Part shown: in pieces, positions 27,830 to 37,566 of the stretch | How the letters are laid out: every line of letters begins with the position of its first letter | How positions within the stretch are numbered: the stretch's first letter is position 1 | NCBI GenBank assembly: GCA_963783645.1 | Contig: CAWAOH010000014.1 | Location: 66,236-130,235, forward strand | Length of the DNA stretch: 64,000 nt | Direction: 5' to 3' | From: Candidatus Bathyarchaeota archaeon | GTDB lineage: Archaea > Thermoproteota > Bathyarchaeia > 40CM-2-53-6 | Notes under the pieces: generated by a model | Databases searched by the model: none | Seen by the model: only the letters and a program-made list of their open reading frames with translations | Told to the model about the DNA's origin: nothing | Translations under genes and position numbers: made by a program

Positions 27830-29050
27830 CTAAGACGACATCGAGAACGCGTATGAGAACACGTACTCACCGATGCGTTGGATACCAAGCTTGATTCGGT
27901 CTTCAGGCTCGCTGACGAATGTGAACCTGATGTGCCCTACTCCCTTGTCTCCGAAATATGATCCGGGAATGGCTATGACGCCCTTCCGCGTGAGTAACCG
28001 GTTGCAGAAATCCTGCTCGTCTCTGTCCATGACTTCAAGGTAGTGGCGCATATCCACGAAGAAGTAGAAGGCTCCATCCGGCCTAACTAGACCTGCTTCA
28101 GGCAGGTATCGCTTTATTGCTTCCTCCATGACGTCACGTCTCTTCTTGTAAGTAGGCAGAACATAATCATGGAGGTATCTCTCCTTTACATTGTTCTTCA
28201 GGAAAGGTAGCATAGCATATTGGCTGAGGATATTTGGCGCTAGAGTCGTATACTGTTTGATTTTCTCCATACCATCAATGAGTTCCGATGGACCCAAAGC
28301 ATAGCCGAGTCTCAAACCGGGTACAGACGCCTCCTTTGAGAAGCTCCCAATCGATAACAGGCGTTCGTGTGCTCCTGGCAACGAGCTGATCTTGGGTTGA
28401 GGTGGCCCGTACACGATGTCACGATATGTTGCATCATTGACGATCCAAAAATCATAGTCAGTAGCAAGATCGAGCAAACCTTTGATGAAGTCACCCCGGA
28501 TAATTCGCCCAGTAGGGTTGTCAGGGCTCAGGAGAACCACAGCTTTGGTTCTTCTCGTAACCACAGTCTTGAGAACCTCCAGACTTGGTTGATAGTCCTC
28601 CTCCACCTTGACTGGAAGCCACTTTGCGCGGGCTCCTGCTAGTTGGAAAGCTTCCAAGTATCCAAGATAAGTTGGATTGGTGAGAACTACTTCATCGTTC
28701 TTGTTGAACAAGGACAGAAACGCACAGAAGATGGCTTCCGTTGCACCATCTGTGAGGATAACTTCCTTTTCTGGCTTGTATACTTCGTCGTCGTGCTTTA
28801 CCCAATCGTCAGCGATCAGCTTTCTCAATTCGAGAAAGCCACGTGTACCAGTGTACGCGGTGCTCGCCTGCGGGTCCTCCTTTATCCTTCTGGTGATCTC
28901 CTCCGTAACTTCGGCGGGTGGGGGAAGGCTGGGTCCGCCGCCGCCGAATGAGATTAACTCCTTTCGTTCGCTCGCTTCTGCAAGCAAGGCAGCGACGCTT
29001 CGGATTGGAGAGACATGTAGGCTAGCAATCCTGTCAGACAGTGTCACCAT
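27830..29050 (-). CDS. Class I/II PLP-dependent aminotransferase (aspartate aminotransferase family)
   Basis: 406 aa. NPTYLGY, SPDNPTG and SFSKEASVPGLRLGY (PLP lysine). Confidence 0.88.
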   Translation of the reverse strand: MVTLSDRIASLHVSPIRSVAALLAEASERKELISFGGGGPSLPPPAEVTEEITRRIKEDPQASTAYTGTRGFLELRKLIADDWVKHDDEVYKPEKEVILTDGATEAIFCAFLSLFNKNDEVVLTNPTYLGYLEAFQLAGARAKWLPVKVEEDYQPSLEVLKTVVTRRTKAVVLLSPDNPTGRIIRGDFIKGLLDLATDYDFWIVNDATYRDIVYGPPQPKISSLPGAHERLLSIGSFSKEASVPGLRLGYALGPSELIDGMEKIKQYTTLAPNILSQYAMLPFLKNNVKERYLHDYVLPTYKKRRDVMEEAIKRYLPEAGLVRPDGAFYFFVDMRHYLEVMDRDEQDFCNRLLTRKGVIAIPGSYFGDKGVGHIRFTFVSEPEDRIKLGIQRIGEYVFSYAFSMSS

Positions 29051-29256
29051 CGATGTAGGCCTGCATGCGAGCGTTTCGTTGACGAGGGCTAGAACCTTTC
29101 CAATTTAGTGTAAATACTATCGGGTGTATTACGACCTATTGACGGCCGTTCAGCGAGGTAATACCAGGCTGCCCGCTAGAGACAACTTACGTAAATAGAT
29201 TAAAAGCGAAAGGAATTGCACCTTGTATTCCCCGTGGATGTGAAGAGGTTCCACCA

Positions 29257-29667
29257 TTGTGCATGAATTACATAGAGGGCGGGATGTGCCACGTGACTCG
29301 TCGGGAGTGCCTGCTGGGAACCGCTTATGAACCTAATCGTGAATGTGCTTTGCAAGGCAGTTTTGACGTTTGGATTACCTATGATGACAGAATATTAATC
29401 AGCGATATTGGCTCGCCTTCTCCTGAACCGAAGCGTTCTGTAGCGTTAGGCGTAGAAAAGGAATTGGCGGACCAGATAGCGGTGCTTGCTGCTCGGAAAG
29501 CTTCAGGACAAATTATCACTACTCAACAGACATGCCGCCGGTGTGGAAGCGTTTACTGGATTACCGAGCATGAATCTGCGACTCCGAAACTTGGACGACG
29601 ATACTTCTGTCCAAAGTGCATAGAAAGAATTGGCGAGATTGATGTTCCAGATTATTGGTGCGGCTGA
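29257..29667 (+). CDS. Hypothetical Cys-rich protein with C-terminal zinc ribbon
   Basis: 136 aa. CRRCGS...CPKC. No recognised family. Confidence 0.4.
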   Translation: MCMNYIEGGMCHVTRRECLLGTAYEPNRECALQGSFDVWITYDDRILISDIGSPSPEPKRSVALGVEKELADQIAVLAARKASGQIITTQQTCRRCGSVYWITEHESATPKLGRRYFCPKCIERIGEIDVPDYWCG

Positions 29668-29668
29668 C

Positions 29669-30298
29669 CTATTGAGCCGCCCAGCTCGGTATGCAATGGT
29701 ACGGCCACGTGTCCGTGTGGCCTTCTAGCGGATTCGACGTCACAAACGCTTTCCCCTTCTCGATTGCGAGGTAATTGAATGACGTTAGGTTCTCCTTCTT
29801 GCCCGTGAGGAAATGTTTCAGAGTCTCTTTGACCGGATCCGCGGTAACCTGTGGCGCGCATATTGCAAGATACGCCCCGAACATTACTGCGTTGGCGAAC
29901 ATCTTCGTGTCAGTTTTCGAGGGCATTTCGTTCCCGAGGTTCTCAGCAATTTCAGTAGCTGGAACGCCGAACCTTCGAACATCGTCACGATCTACGTCGG
30001 TTGCGATCAGCGACCGATTATAAATGATAAGACCGTTTGGACGCAAGTTGTTTAAGAAATCCATTGATGGCTGGTTCATAATTAGCTCGACATCGGGTTC
30101 TTCGGCGATTGGGTTATCGACGGTTTCATCAGAGATTATGACATAGCATTTCGCTTTGCCTCCTCGGGTCTCCGGCCCGTATGAGGGAACGCATGCTACA
30201 TGTTTGCCTTGAAGCATCGCCGCGTAGGCCATATAGTCTCCCAGTAGCAGGACGCCTTGACCACCGTGCCCAGCAATTAGGACTTTCATGTTGCTCAT
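29669..30298 (-). CDS. 2-oxoacid:ferredoxin oxidoreductase, gamma subunit
   Basis: 209 aa. VLIAGHGGQGVLLLG...SYGPETRGG. Confidence 0.88.
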   Translation of the reverse strand: MSNMKVLIAGHGGQGVLLLGDYMAYAAMLQGKHVACVPSYGPETRGGKAKCYVIISDETVDNPIAEEPDVELIMNQPSMDFLNNLRPNGLIIYNRSLIATDVDRDDVRRFGVPATEIAENLGNEMPSKTDTKMFANAVMFGAYLAICAPQVTADPVKETLKHFLTGKKENLTSFNYLAIEKGKAFVTSNPLEGHTDTWPYHCIPSWAAQ

Positions 30299-31099
30299 GC
30301 CTTCTCAACTCCATATGTGTCTCGGTAGACACCTAATGGGAACCGTTTGATGACCTGCTCATTGACGTGACGTTTTGCTTCAAGCACAGACATCTTCCAA
30401 TTCACCGAACAAGTACTCAGCAACTCGACGAACGCGAATCCGCCCAGTGCTTGCACTTTGAAGGCGTTTTCCACAGTCTTTTTCGCATCGAGCAGATTCT
30501 TGATCGTGTATACCTTCCCCCTAGGGCTAGAGATCTCAGTCACAACCAAGCTCGCCCGTTTGACGTAAGCAGCACCGTCTATCTGGGCGATTAGCTTCGA
30601 CAGCGTCGAATTCTGTGCCTGTCAACGCGACATCTCGGCCGTAGGGCGTGGTTGTGGTTATCTGACCTGGAAGAGTCGTTGGTGCCATCTGCCCTCCAGT
30701 CATTCCGTAGATTCCGTTGTTCACGAGGAATACGGTTATGGGAGTAGCTCTTTTGGCCGCATAAATGAGTTCGAGTAATCCGATGGATACGGCGTCTCCG
30801 TCTCCTTGTACTGTGAAGACGTTCAGCTCTGGTCTCAGTCGCTTAACGCCAGTTGCCACTGCGGGGGCTCTTCCGTGTGCGGCCACGACATGGTCACAAT
30901 TCAAATAGTTGTATGCCAGCACGCTGCAACCTACCGAGTCGATCATCACGGTCTTCTCGCGGATGTCGAGTTCATCCATGGCTGCCGCGATTAGTTTCGT
31001 GAGTGTTCCGTGTTCGCATCCAGCACAGTAGTGTGTAGGACTGTCAGTGAGCGACTTCAGTTTTCCTGCTTTCACCTTGAAAAGCGATTGTTGACTCAT
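30295..31099 (-). CDS. 2-oxoacid:ferredoxin oxidoreductase, beta (TPP-binding) subunit, one frameshift
   Basis: HYCAGCEHG...VQGDGD...NNGIYGMTGGQ, then continues in another frame as LIAQIDGAAYVKRASLVVTEISSPRGK... Junction at about 30595. Confidence 0.88.
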
Positions 31100-32172
31100 G
31101 CAGCAACCACCTCCAGTCGCTGGATTTTGCGTTCTATTTCCTTTTCAGTGGGTACAATACCCCCCCATCGCCCAAGAAAATCAACGGTCACTCCGTCACC
31201 GACTGCAAGTCTCACATCCTCATACATTTGTCCTGTATTCAACTCAACGTCGAGGAATCGTTTTCCTTCAGAAGCTAACTTTCGGAGAGCGATTGTTGGA
31301 AACGGCCAGAGCGTTATCGGTCTGAATAGTCCGACCCTGATGCCCTTCTTGCGGAGATTGTTAATCACACCTTTGGCGATTCTTGAGACGATTCCAAACG
31401 CGATGATAACAGTCTCAGCGTCCTCAGTCAGATAATCTTCGTATAGAACTTCTTTCTCTTCAGCCGTCTTGTATTTTTCGAAAACTCGCCCCATGTGCTG
31501 GTATTGTTTTTGATAGTCGAATTCCAAGGAGTTGAGAATGTGTTGTCCTCGGCCTTTTGAGTCGCCAACTGTCCATGATGAAGCGTCATAATCGGGGGCC
31601 GTCCCTGTGGGAAACTCGATGTCCTCCTTTAGTTGTCCAGTGAATGCATCTCCCAAGATCAGGGCGGGATTCCGATACTTGAAGGCAAGGTCGAATCCTA
31701 TTTTCGGCAATGATGCCATCTCTTGTACTGAAGCGGGAGCCAAAACGAATAATCGGTAATCTCCGTGTCCGCCTCCTTTTGTTGCCTGGAAGTAGTCGCT
31801 TTGTTCTGGGCCGAGGTTGCCTAATCCTGGTCCAGCGCGACAAATGTCTGCGACAAGGAACGGCAACTCCATGCAGGCTGCATACGAAAGTCCTTCCTGT
31901 TTCAGGCTGAAGCCAGGACTCGACGTCGCTGTCAACACGAGGGCTCCAGTTGATGCGGCACCTATGACCATGTTGATTGCTTCGAGCTCGCTCGCAGATT
32001 GAATGAAGCATTTGTACTGAGGATACTTCTTGTTTCCGAACTCCTTTGCAAGAGTTTCTGGAATCTCGCTCGACGGAGTTATCGGATACGCAAAATACGC
32101 GTTGAGTCCAGCTTCTAATGCACCATAGGCGAGAGCTTCGTTGCCTTTCAAGTAAACTCTCTGATTGGACAC
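31096..32172 (-). CDS. 2-oxoacid:ferredoxin oxidoreductase, alpha subunit
   Basis: 358 aa. LKGNEALAYGALEAGLNAYFAYPITPSSEI. Confidence 0.9.
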   Translation of the reverse strand: MSNQRVYLKGNEALAYGALEAGLNAYFAYPITPSSEIPETLAKEFGNKKYPQYKCFIQSASELEAINMVIGAASTGALVLTATSSPGFSLKQEGLSYAACMELPFLVADICRAGPGLGNLGPEQSDYFQATKGGGHGDYRLFVLAPASVQEMASLPKIGFDLAFKYRNPALILGDAFTGQLKEDIEFPTGTAPDYDASSWTVGDSKGRGQHILNSLEFDYQKQYQHMGRVFEKYKTAEEKEVLYEDYLTEDAETVIIAFGIVSRIAKGVINNLRKKGIRVGLFRPITLWPFPTIALRKLASEGKRFLDVELNTGQMYEDVRLAVGDGVTVDFLGRWGGIVPTEKEIERKIQRLEVVAA

Positions 32173-32424
32173 CTATGTTCTCACCTGAACCTCACTAATG
32201 GCAGAATCCGTGCAAACCCAGTAGCAAATGGCGCAACCTGTACAGACGCCCTTAGTTCCTTGATATGAGAACTCGACTGGGTGAAAACCGGCACGATTCA
32301 GGTTAGTCGAAAATTTCAAGTTGCCAGATGGACATGATACGATGCAAAGTTCACAACCCTTACAGCGCTCGTAGAGAATGCTTACGTTGGCTCGAGGTAC
32401 TGTCGTGGTTACTGTTTCAGTCAA
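32173..32424 (-). CDS. 2-oxoacid:ferredoxin oxidoreductase, delta subunit (2x[4Fe-4S] ferredoxin)
   Basis: 83 aa. CKGCELCIVSCP and CTGCAICYWVC cluster motifs. Confidence 0.85.
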   Translation of the reverse strand: MTETVTTTVPRANVSILYERCKGCELCIVSCPSGNLKFSTNLNRAGFHPVEFSYQGTKGVCTGCAICYWVCTDSAISEVQVRT

Positions 32425-32837
32425 GTGGCAATTGTCTCCTTCTTGTTCACAAAATTCTCAAGAACGTATCGAAGCATGGCGTAGTGCTGTTCTTCGTCAA
32501 ATGCGAGCATTGTGAGGAGCGATTTAAGATGCGGATCTGTAACTTGTGCCGAAGCTGTGGTGAACAGGCGTAGAGCCTCCTCTTCCAGGTTCATTAATCG
32601 AAGAAGCTCATCGCGGCTCTCTTTCAAAGGGGCAGATTCCCATTCGTCTTTGGCCAAGTACGTTATCGCAGAATTGAGCACGTCGGCATGGTGAATTGAA
32701 TCCCGCATTAGCTTGGCATAAACTAACTTTACGACACTGTGCTCCGTTTCTCTAACTTTGCGGGCGTAGACCTCTGTCTCACGTTCCTCATGCTGCAACT
32801 GCTCTTTTAGCAGTGCCAATAACTCATTTTTTCGCAT
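32421..32837 (-). CDS. Ferritin-like / rubrerythrin-like four-helix-bundle protein
   Basis: 138 aa, helical, with paired carboxylate/His motifs (DSIHH, DEEQH). It overlaps the delta-subunit start by 4 nt. Confidence 0.6.
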   Translation of the reverse strand: MRKNELLALLKEQLQHEERETEVYARKVRETEHSVVKLVYAKLMRDSIHHADVLNSAITYLAKDEWESAPLKESRDELLRLMNLEEEALRLFTTASAQVTDPHLKSLLTMLAFDEEQHYAMLRYVLENFVNKKETIAT

Positions 32838-32899
32838 ACGCCGACGAAACGATCACGATGGTATTTACTGATAGCGATATTGTTGGTATTCTATGTATT

Positions 32900-34099
32900 C
32901 TACTGTCTTCTAATTAGTGTGAACGCCGCCACCGCACCGAGCAAAGCTGCTCCGCTGCCTGCAACCAAAGCCATGAAGAAGTCCCCCGAAACTTCGAGAA
33001 TGTAGCCGGTTAGAACCGATACGACAATTCCTGCCAGGTTTCCGCCAAAGTTCTGGATCCCCGCCATTGTTCCTGTCATGCTCTTTGGGGTTGCCTCAAC
33101 CAGAGCAACCCATAGAGAGGGAGTGGAGAAACCAAGCGCTGCACCAGCAAGACTCAATGCCGCTATAGCCGAATACGGATCCGGTGCATAAGCCGTCGCA
33201 AACATCATAATGGATGTCGCTATCATTCCAACACAAAACAAGTTACGACGCAAAGTTAGCGGCGAAAAGGATTTCTTTACCAAGTAATCCGACAGGAATC
33301 CGCCGATCAGAAGCAGAGTGACTACTGCACAGACCAGTGGAACCGTGGAGAAGAGACCTGCACCGATCACCGTGAACTTCTGTTGTTTGACAAGATACGT
33401 TGGCAGCCATAGATTCAAGTAGTATGCGACGTATCCCTGACCGAAACTGGCAATGGCAAAGCCTAATCCTAATGGACTCAAAACAACCGACATACTCTCT
33501 CTCAACTTCAGTTTGGAGTTCGTTTTCTGTCTCTGCACAGCTGGGTTGTCGCGGAATCCGAAATACCAAAAAACGCACCAGACCAACGCCATGATTCCTG
33601 TTCCAAAGAACGCCCACTGCCAACCATAAGCTATCGCGAGCCAAGCAGCAACGGGGAATGCCACAACGGGACCTAGGCGTCCGCCCGCGATCCAAATAGA
33701 TGTAGCCCGGGCTCGCTGATCCTTCTTGAACCAATCTGATGAAGACACTTTTGCTCCTGATACGAAATTCGGAGCTTGAGTAGCACCAAGTGCAAATCGA
33801 AGTGCAAAGAGCGAGGAAAACGAGTTCGTAAACCCCGTCGCAATCGTGATCACAGACGTTGCGACTACACCATAGAAGAGGCTTAGTCTCGCACCGAAAC
33901 GGTCAGTGACTAATCCCGCGATGGGCTGCAGGAATGTGTATGACCATAGGAACGACGAGAGAAGCAGCCCCAGTTCAAAATCGGAAAGATTGAGGGACTT
34001 CTGCATGATTGGAGCCGCTGAAGAGATATTGAGCCGTAGAATGTACGTGACCAAAATGCCCGAACTCGCAAGAAAAGCCATGCTCCAACGATTCTGCAT
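32900..34099 (-). CDS. MFS transporter (anion:cation symporter-like)
   Basis: 399 aa, 12 hydrophobic segments. GLVTDRFGAR loop motif. Confidence 0.85.
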   Translation of the reverse strand: MQNRWSMAFLASSGILVTYILRLNISSAAPIMQKSLNLSDFELGLLLSSFLWSYTFLQPIAGLVTDRFGARLSLFYGVVATSVITIATGFTNSFSSLFALRFALGATQAPNFVSGAKVSSSDWFKKDQRARATSIWIAGGRLGPVVAFPVAAWLAIAYGWQWAFFGTGIMALVWCVFWYFGFRDNPAVQRQKTNSKLKLRESMSVVLSPLGLGFAIASFGQGYVAYYLNLWLPTYLVKQQKFTVIGAGLFSTVPLVCAVVTLLLIGGFLSDYLVKKSFSPLTLRRNLFCVGMIATSIMMFATAYAPDPYSAIAALSLAGAALGFSTPSLWVALVEATPKSMTGTMAGIQNFGGNLAGIVVSVLTGYILEVSGDFFMALVAGSGAALLGAVAAFTLIRRQ

Positions 34100-34108
34100 C
34101 TGTCGACA

Positions 34109-34891
34109 CTACTGAGGAAGTGGAACTGCGTTGGCGACTGCCATGTCCATGCGCGTATACTTCTTGAGGCTCGCAACTTGCTGAGGAGACAAAATTGAAC
34201 AAGCAAAGCCCCAATGAAATGAAACCCAGTCCCCCAGCTTCACGTCTTGCATGAAGCTGTTGCCGTTAATTCGTGAGAGAACGTTTGTGCGGATTGGTTG
34301 ACCGAACGATAGAATTCCATCTCGTCTTTCGATAGGTTCGTATTCAACACTCAGATTAACGTCATTGTCTAAACCCAGCACTTTCCCCCAGGATATTCGG
34401 CACTTATCCATCAATTCTCCCACTTGATCATCCCGTCCTGCAGCGTTTGCAAATGCATCTGGGGCAGTACCCATGGTTGAAAATGCGTTGAAGACATGGA
34501 GCGCGTGATGCGGAAACGTTGCAAATGGTCTGGATTCAAATAATTTCTTTATATGCTCTTTAGGAAACTTTCTAGCTAATCTTTCTCTGAGATGATCGTA
34601 GAATCCAGTTCTAGGGATTTTCTCAAGTATATCATTGCCGATCCAGTAAGCTTCCACAACCCGATAATCGAACGGCTCCAGTCCCTGGGATTGGGCGATG
34701 AATCTCAAGTAGGGTTGCGCGCCTGTGAAAGCCTCGAGCGCGCTGACCAGCTCCTTACTTCGCCTATTGGTTAGGCACGCCTCGAATAGAACTTCGTTTT
34801 CATCAGGGCCGCAGTAACCGAGATGGTTGGGCATGAAACTGTGTCGGGCTGCCAATATTGCGCCATCGTATTTTTGCAAAGTCACTCTCAA
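34109..34891 (-). CDS. Conserved hypothetical protein translationally coupled to hypC; C-terminus HypC-like
   Basis: 260 aa. The start overlaps the hypC stop by 4 nt. The C-terminal VKLGDWVSFHWGFACSILSPQQ resembles the HypC tail (GSYVLVQGGFAIKIL in the neighbour). Confidence 0.6.
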   Translation of the reverse strand: MRVTLQKYDGAILAARHSFMPNHLGYCGPDENEVLFEACLTNRRSKELVSALEAFTGAQPYLRFIAQSQGLEPFDYRVVEAYWIGNDILEKIPRTGFYDHLRERLARKFPKEHIKKLFESRPFATFPHHALHVFNAFSTMGTAPDAFANAAGRDDQVGELMDKCRISWGKVLGLDNDVNLSVEYEPIERRDGILSFGQPIRTNVLSRINGNSFMQDVKLGDWVSFHWGFACSILSPQQVASLKKYTRMDMAVANAVPLPQ

Positions 34892-35130
34892 AACATTCCT
34901 TCTGCGGTTCCGAATTCGGTTTCTATAATCTTCAAAACATCAATAACCTCTTGCGCCTCAGATTCCGTGAGTATCTTGATTGCGAAGCCCCCTTGCACTA
35001 ACACGTAGCTTCCGACTTTTCCTTCAACAAGCGTAATGTTAACGTTCTCTCGAACTCCTTGAGTGCCATAGTCGACTGATGCGAATTTGCCGTTGACGGC
35101 AATAATCTTACCTGGGATGGAGAGGCACAT
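34888..35130 (-). CDS. hypC: [NiFe]-hydrogenase maturation chaperone HypC/HupF
   Basis: 80 aa. N-terminal MCLSIPGKI with the essential Cys2. Confidence 0.9.
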   Translation of the reverse strand: MCLSIPGKIIAVNGKFASVDYGTQGVRENVNITLVEGKVGSYVLVQGGFAIKILTESEAQEVIDVLKIIETEFGTAEGMF

Positions 35131-35266
35131 TGGTTTCTCAACTCATACGTGGATATTCGACGCCTATATGTGTGTAAAGCAATTCCCAATTCTGGGATGA
35201 GATTGTACCCTATGGAAAACCAGAGATGAGGTTCATTACATTGAAGGAATTAGACTGAGTCGACAG

Positions 35267-35959
35267 ATGATGGGAAAGCAGACTGACGTCATCACTTCGT
35301 CTGGGGATGAAGTATTCGATATTGAATTAGAGGCAGACATTCTGAAAGCAAACAGAGAGTTGGCTCTGGAAAATCATGCGAAACTGAAACAGAACGGAAT
35401 TACGGCGATCGACGTGATGGGATCGGTAGGCTCAGGAAAGACGTCCATAATCAAAGCCATGGTTTCAGTCCTAAAGAAGAACCATCGTATAGCGGTGATC
35501 GAAGGTGACGTTACAACAACGATCGATGCGGATATTATCGCCGCGGAGGGCGTTCCTACTGTACAAGTGAACACGGGCAAGGAATGCCATCTCGATGCGA
35601 ACCTCATAAAGAAAGCACTAACCCGCATGCGATTGTCTGAATTGGACTTGATCTTTATCGAGAATGTTGGTAATCTGATATGCCCCGCAGAGTTCCCACT
35701 CGGATCCGACAAACGACTCGTTGTGATCAGCGTCACTGAAGGCCCATATATGGTTGTGAAACATCCCATGATGTTCTATGAGGCGGATTCTGTAGCAATC
35801 AACAAAGTTGACCTAGCTGACGCAATGGGAGTCAAGCCCTCTAAGCTGCACGAGGATATTTCTAGGATTAACCCGGAGGCGAAAGTTGTGTCGACAGACT
35901 GCAGAAACAACCTCGGCATAACGGAAGTAATTCGCAGTCTAGGGTTCACCGATGCCTAG
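35267..35959 (+). CDS. hypB: Hydrogenase nickel-incorporation GTPase HypB
   Basis: 230 aa. GSVGSGKTS P-loop, ENVGNLICPAEF and NKVDL. Confidence 0.92.
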   Translation: MMGKQTDVITSSGDEVFDIELEADILKANRELALENHAKLKQNGITAIDVMGSVGSGKTSIIKAMVSVLKKNHRIAVIEGDVTTTIDADIIAAEGVPTVQVNTGKECHLDANLIKKALTRMRLSELDLIFIENVGNLICPAEFPLGSDKRLVVISVTEGPYMVVKHPMMFYEADSVAINKVDLADAMGVKPSKLHEDISRINPEAKVVSTDCRNNLGITEVIRSLGFTDA

Positions 35960-35961
35960 GG

Positions 35962-36357
35962 ATGGACCTAATGCATGAATTCTCAATCGCGTCCTCGCTG
36001 GTTGACACACTCATGGAATTTGCCGAAAAAGACGACCTAAAAGGTAAGCTACTGGAGGTCCATCTAAGGATTGGCAAGCTACGAGCAATCTCAATTGAGC
36101 AATTGAAATTCTCTTACAAAGTGCTAGCCAAGGGCCAGTTCCTCAACGGCTCCAAACTGATAGTTGAGGAAACCCCGGCTATAATCCATTGCCCTGAATG
36201 CGGCCTCAAGGAGGATTTTGAGCTTGTTGATGACTCATACCATTTCGGACTTCCAACTCTATCCTGTCCACGATGTGATGCACCTGTGAATCTCGAAGGG
36301 GGGGATGCTGTTGTGATCACCAAAGTCCGAATTCGGGGTACCCGCTCAAAGAAATGA
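35962..36357 (+). CDS. hypA: Hydrogenase nickel-insertion protein HypA
   Basis: MHEFSIASSL N-terminus (the start is probably the ATG at 35971). CPECG...CPRCD zinc site. Confidence 0.9.
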   Translation: MDLMHEFSIASSLVDTLMEFAEKDDLKGKLLEVHLRIGKLRAISIEQLKFSYKVLAKGQFLNGSKLIVEETPAIIHCPECGLKEDFELVDDSYHFGLPTLSCPRCDAPVNLEGGDAVVITKVRIRGTRSKK

Positions 36358-36471
36358 CTAGAGAATCCTTACGACAGTTTTCTATATAGAATCCCGTCGC
36401 AATATATAACAGGACTGAATCCGCACACTTACCGCATCAAGGGCAGCTTGAACAATTGAGAGGAACAATGA

Positions 36472-37566
36472 TTGGAGATTAGAAAAGTCCAACGAGTTGG
36501 ACATTCTACGCTTACCGTCTCTCTTCCCAGCGACTGGGTTCGACAAGTGGGGCTTAAGCAAGGGGGAGTCGTGACTCTTCGCCTCTCCGAATTTGGAGAG
36601 CTAATTGTAACTCCGGGAAGTGAACTCGAAGGAGAAGAAACTACAATTTGTAAGATCAACGCAGATGCATGTAAGGATGGGGAAGTGCTTGGACGCACGA
36701 TAACAGGAAATTACATTCTTGGTCGAGACACAATCATCATCTCCTCAGAAGAGGGCTTGACCACCGAGCAGACAACTGAGATACGTGACTCGACCCACCG
36801 TCTGAGCGGCTTAGGTATTGTAGATCAGTCTCCGAATCAAACAATAATCCAATGTTTTCTTGACCCAACAAAATTCTCTATCACCAGCCTCTTGTCTCGA
36901 TTACACAAGGTGGCAATATCGATGCTTGAGACCTCCATGCAGGCCTTGATGGATCAGAAGTTCTCACTCGCGTTACAAGTCTTGGAGCTTGAGGACGAAG
37001 CCGACCGACTCTACTGGCTAATCTTGCGTCAAATATTCCGTGCGATATCTAAGATACCGCTGTCACGCCACGTGGGAATCGAATCCGCAACACATGCTGT
37101 AGGTTACCGAGCAGTATCGAAATACCTCGAGGAGATTGCGGATTGCAGCGAATCAATCGCCAATCAAATCCTTAGCATAGCTGACGAGACCCCCACCCAG
37201 TCTTCTGCCATCATCAGCGAAATCTGCAAGTCAGGGACAGAGGCACTTGAAATCTCTAAAGGAGCAATGGACTCGCTCTTCCTGTTGGACATAGATCTTG
37301 CGAATCGGATCATCGCAAAATGCAGGTGCTTTGAGAAAGTTGAAAGGGACCTAACAGAACAGGTTGTTTCTTCAGTTCAGAATCGCAAGATAGCTGTTGC
37401 ACTTAGGGGCGTAGTTTGGAATCTTACCGAAATCTCCCGAGCCGCTAAAATGATTTGTGAGGTTGCCATCAATCGATATCTAGAGAGCAACACTGATGTC
37501 TGCCGCTTTTGGAAAGAGCGGAAGAGCGGGGGAGAAATCCAATACCTAAAGAAACTAGTAGCCTAA
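36472..37566 (+). CDS. AbrB/SpoVT-domain plus PhoU-domain regulator (paralog of 26644..27738)
   Basis: 364 aa. MEIRKVQRVGHSTLTVSLPSDWVRQVGLKQGGVV. Same architecture and length as the other copy. Confidence 0.8.
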   Translation: MEIRKVQRVGHSTLTVSLPSDWVRQVGLKQGGVVTLRLSEFGELIVTPGSELEGEETTICKINADACKDGEVLGRTITGNYILGRDTIIISSEEGLTTEQTTEIRDSTHRLSGLGIVDQSPNQTIIQCFLDPTKFSITSLLSRLHKVAISMLETSMQALMDQKFSLALQVLELEDEADRLYWLILRQIFRAISKIPLSRHVGIESATHAVGYRAVSKYLEEIADCSESIANQILSIADETPTQSSAIISEICKSGTEALEISKGAMDSLFLLDIDLANRIIAKCRCFEKVERDLTEQVVSSVQNRKIAVALRGVVWNLTEISRAAKMICEVAINRYLESNTDVCRFWKERKSGGEIQYLKKLVA

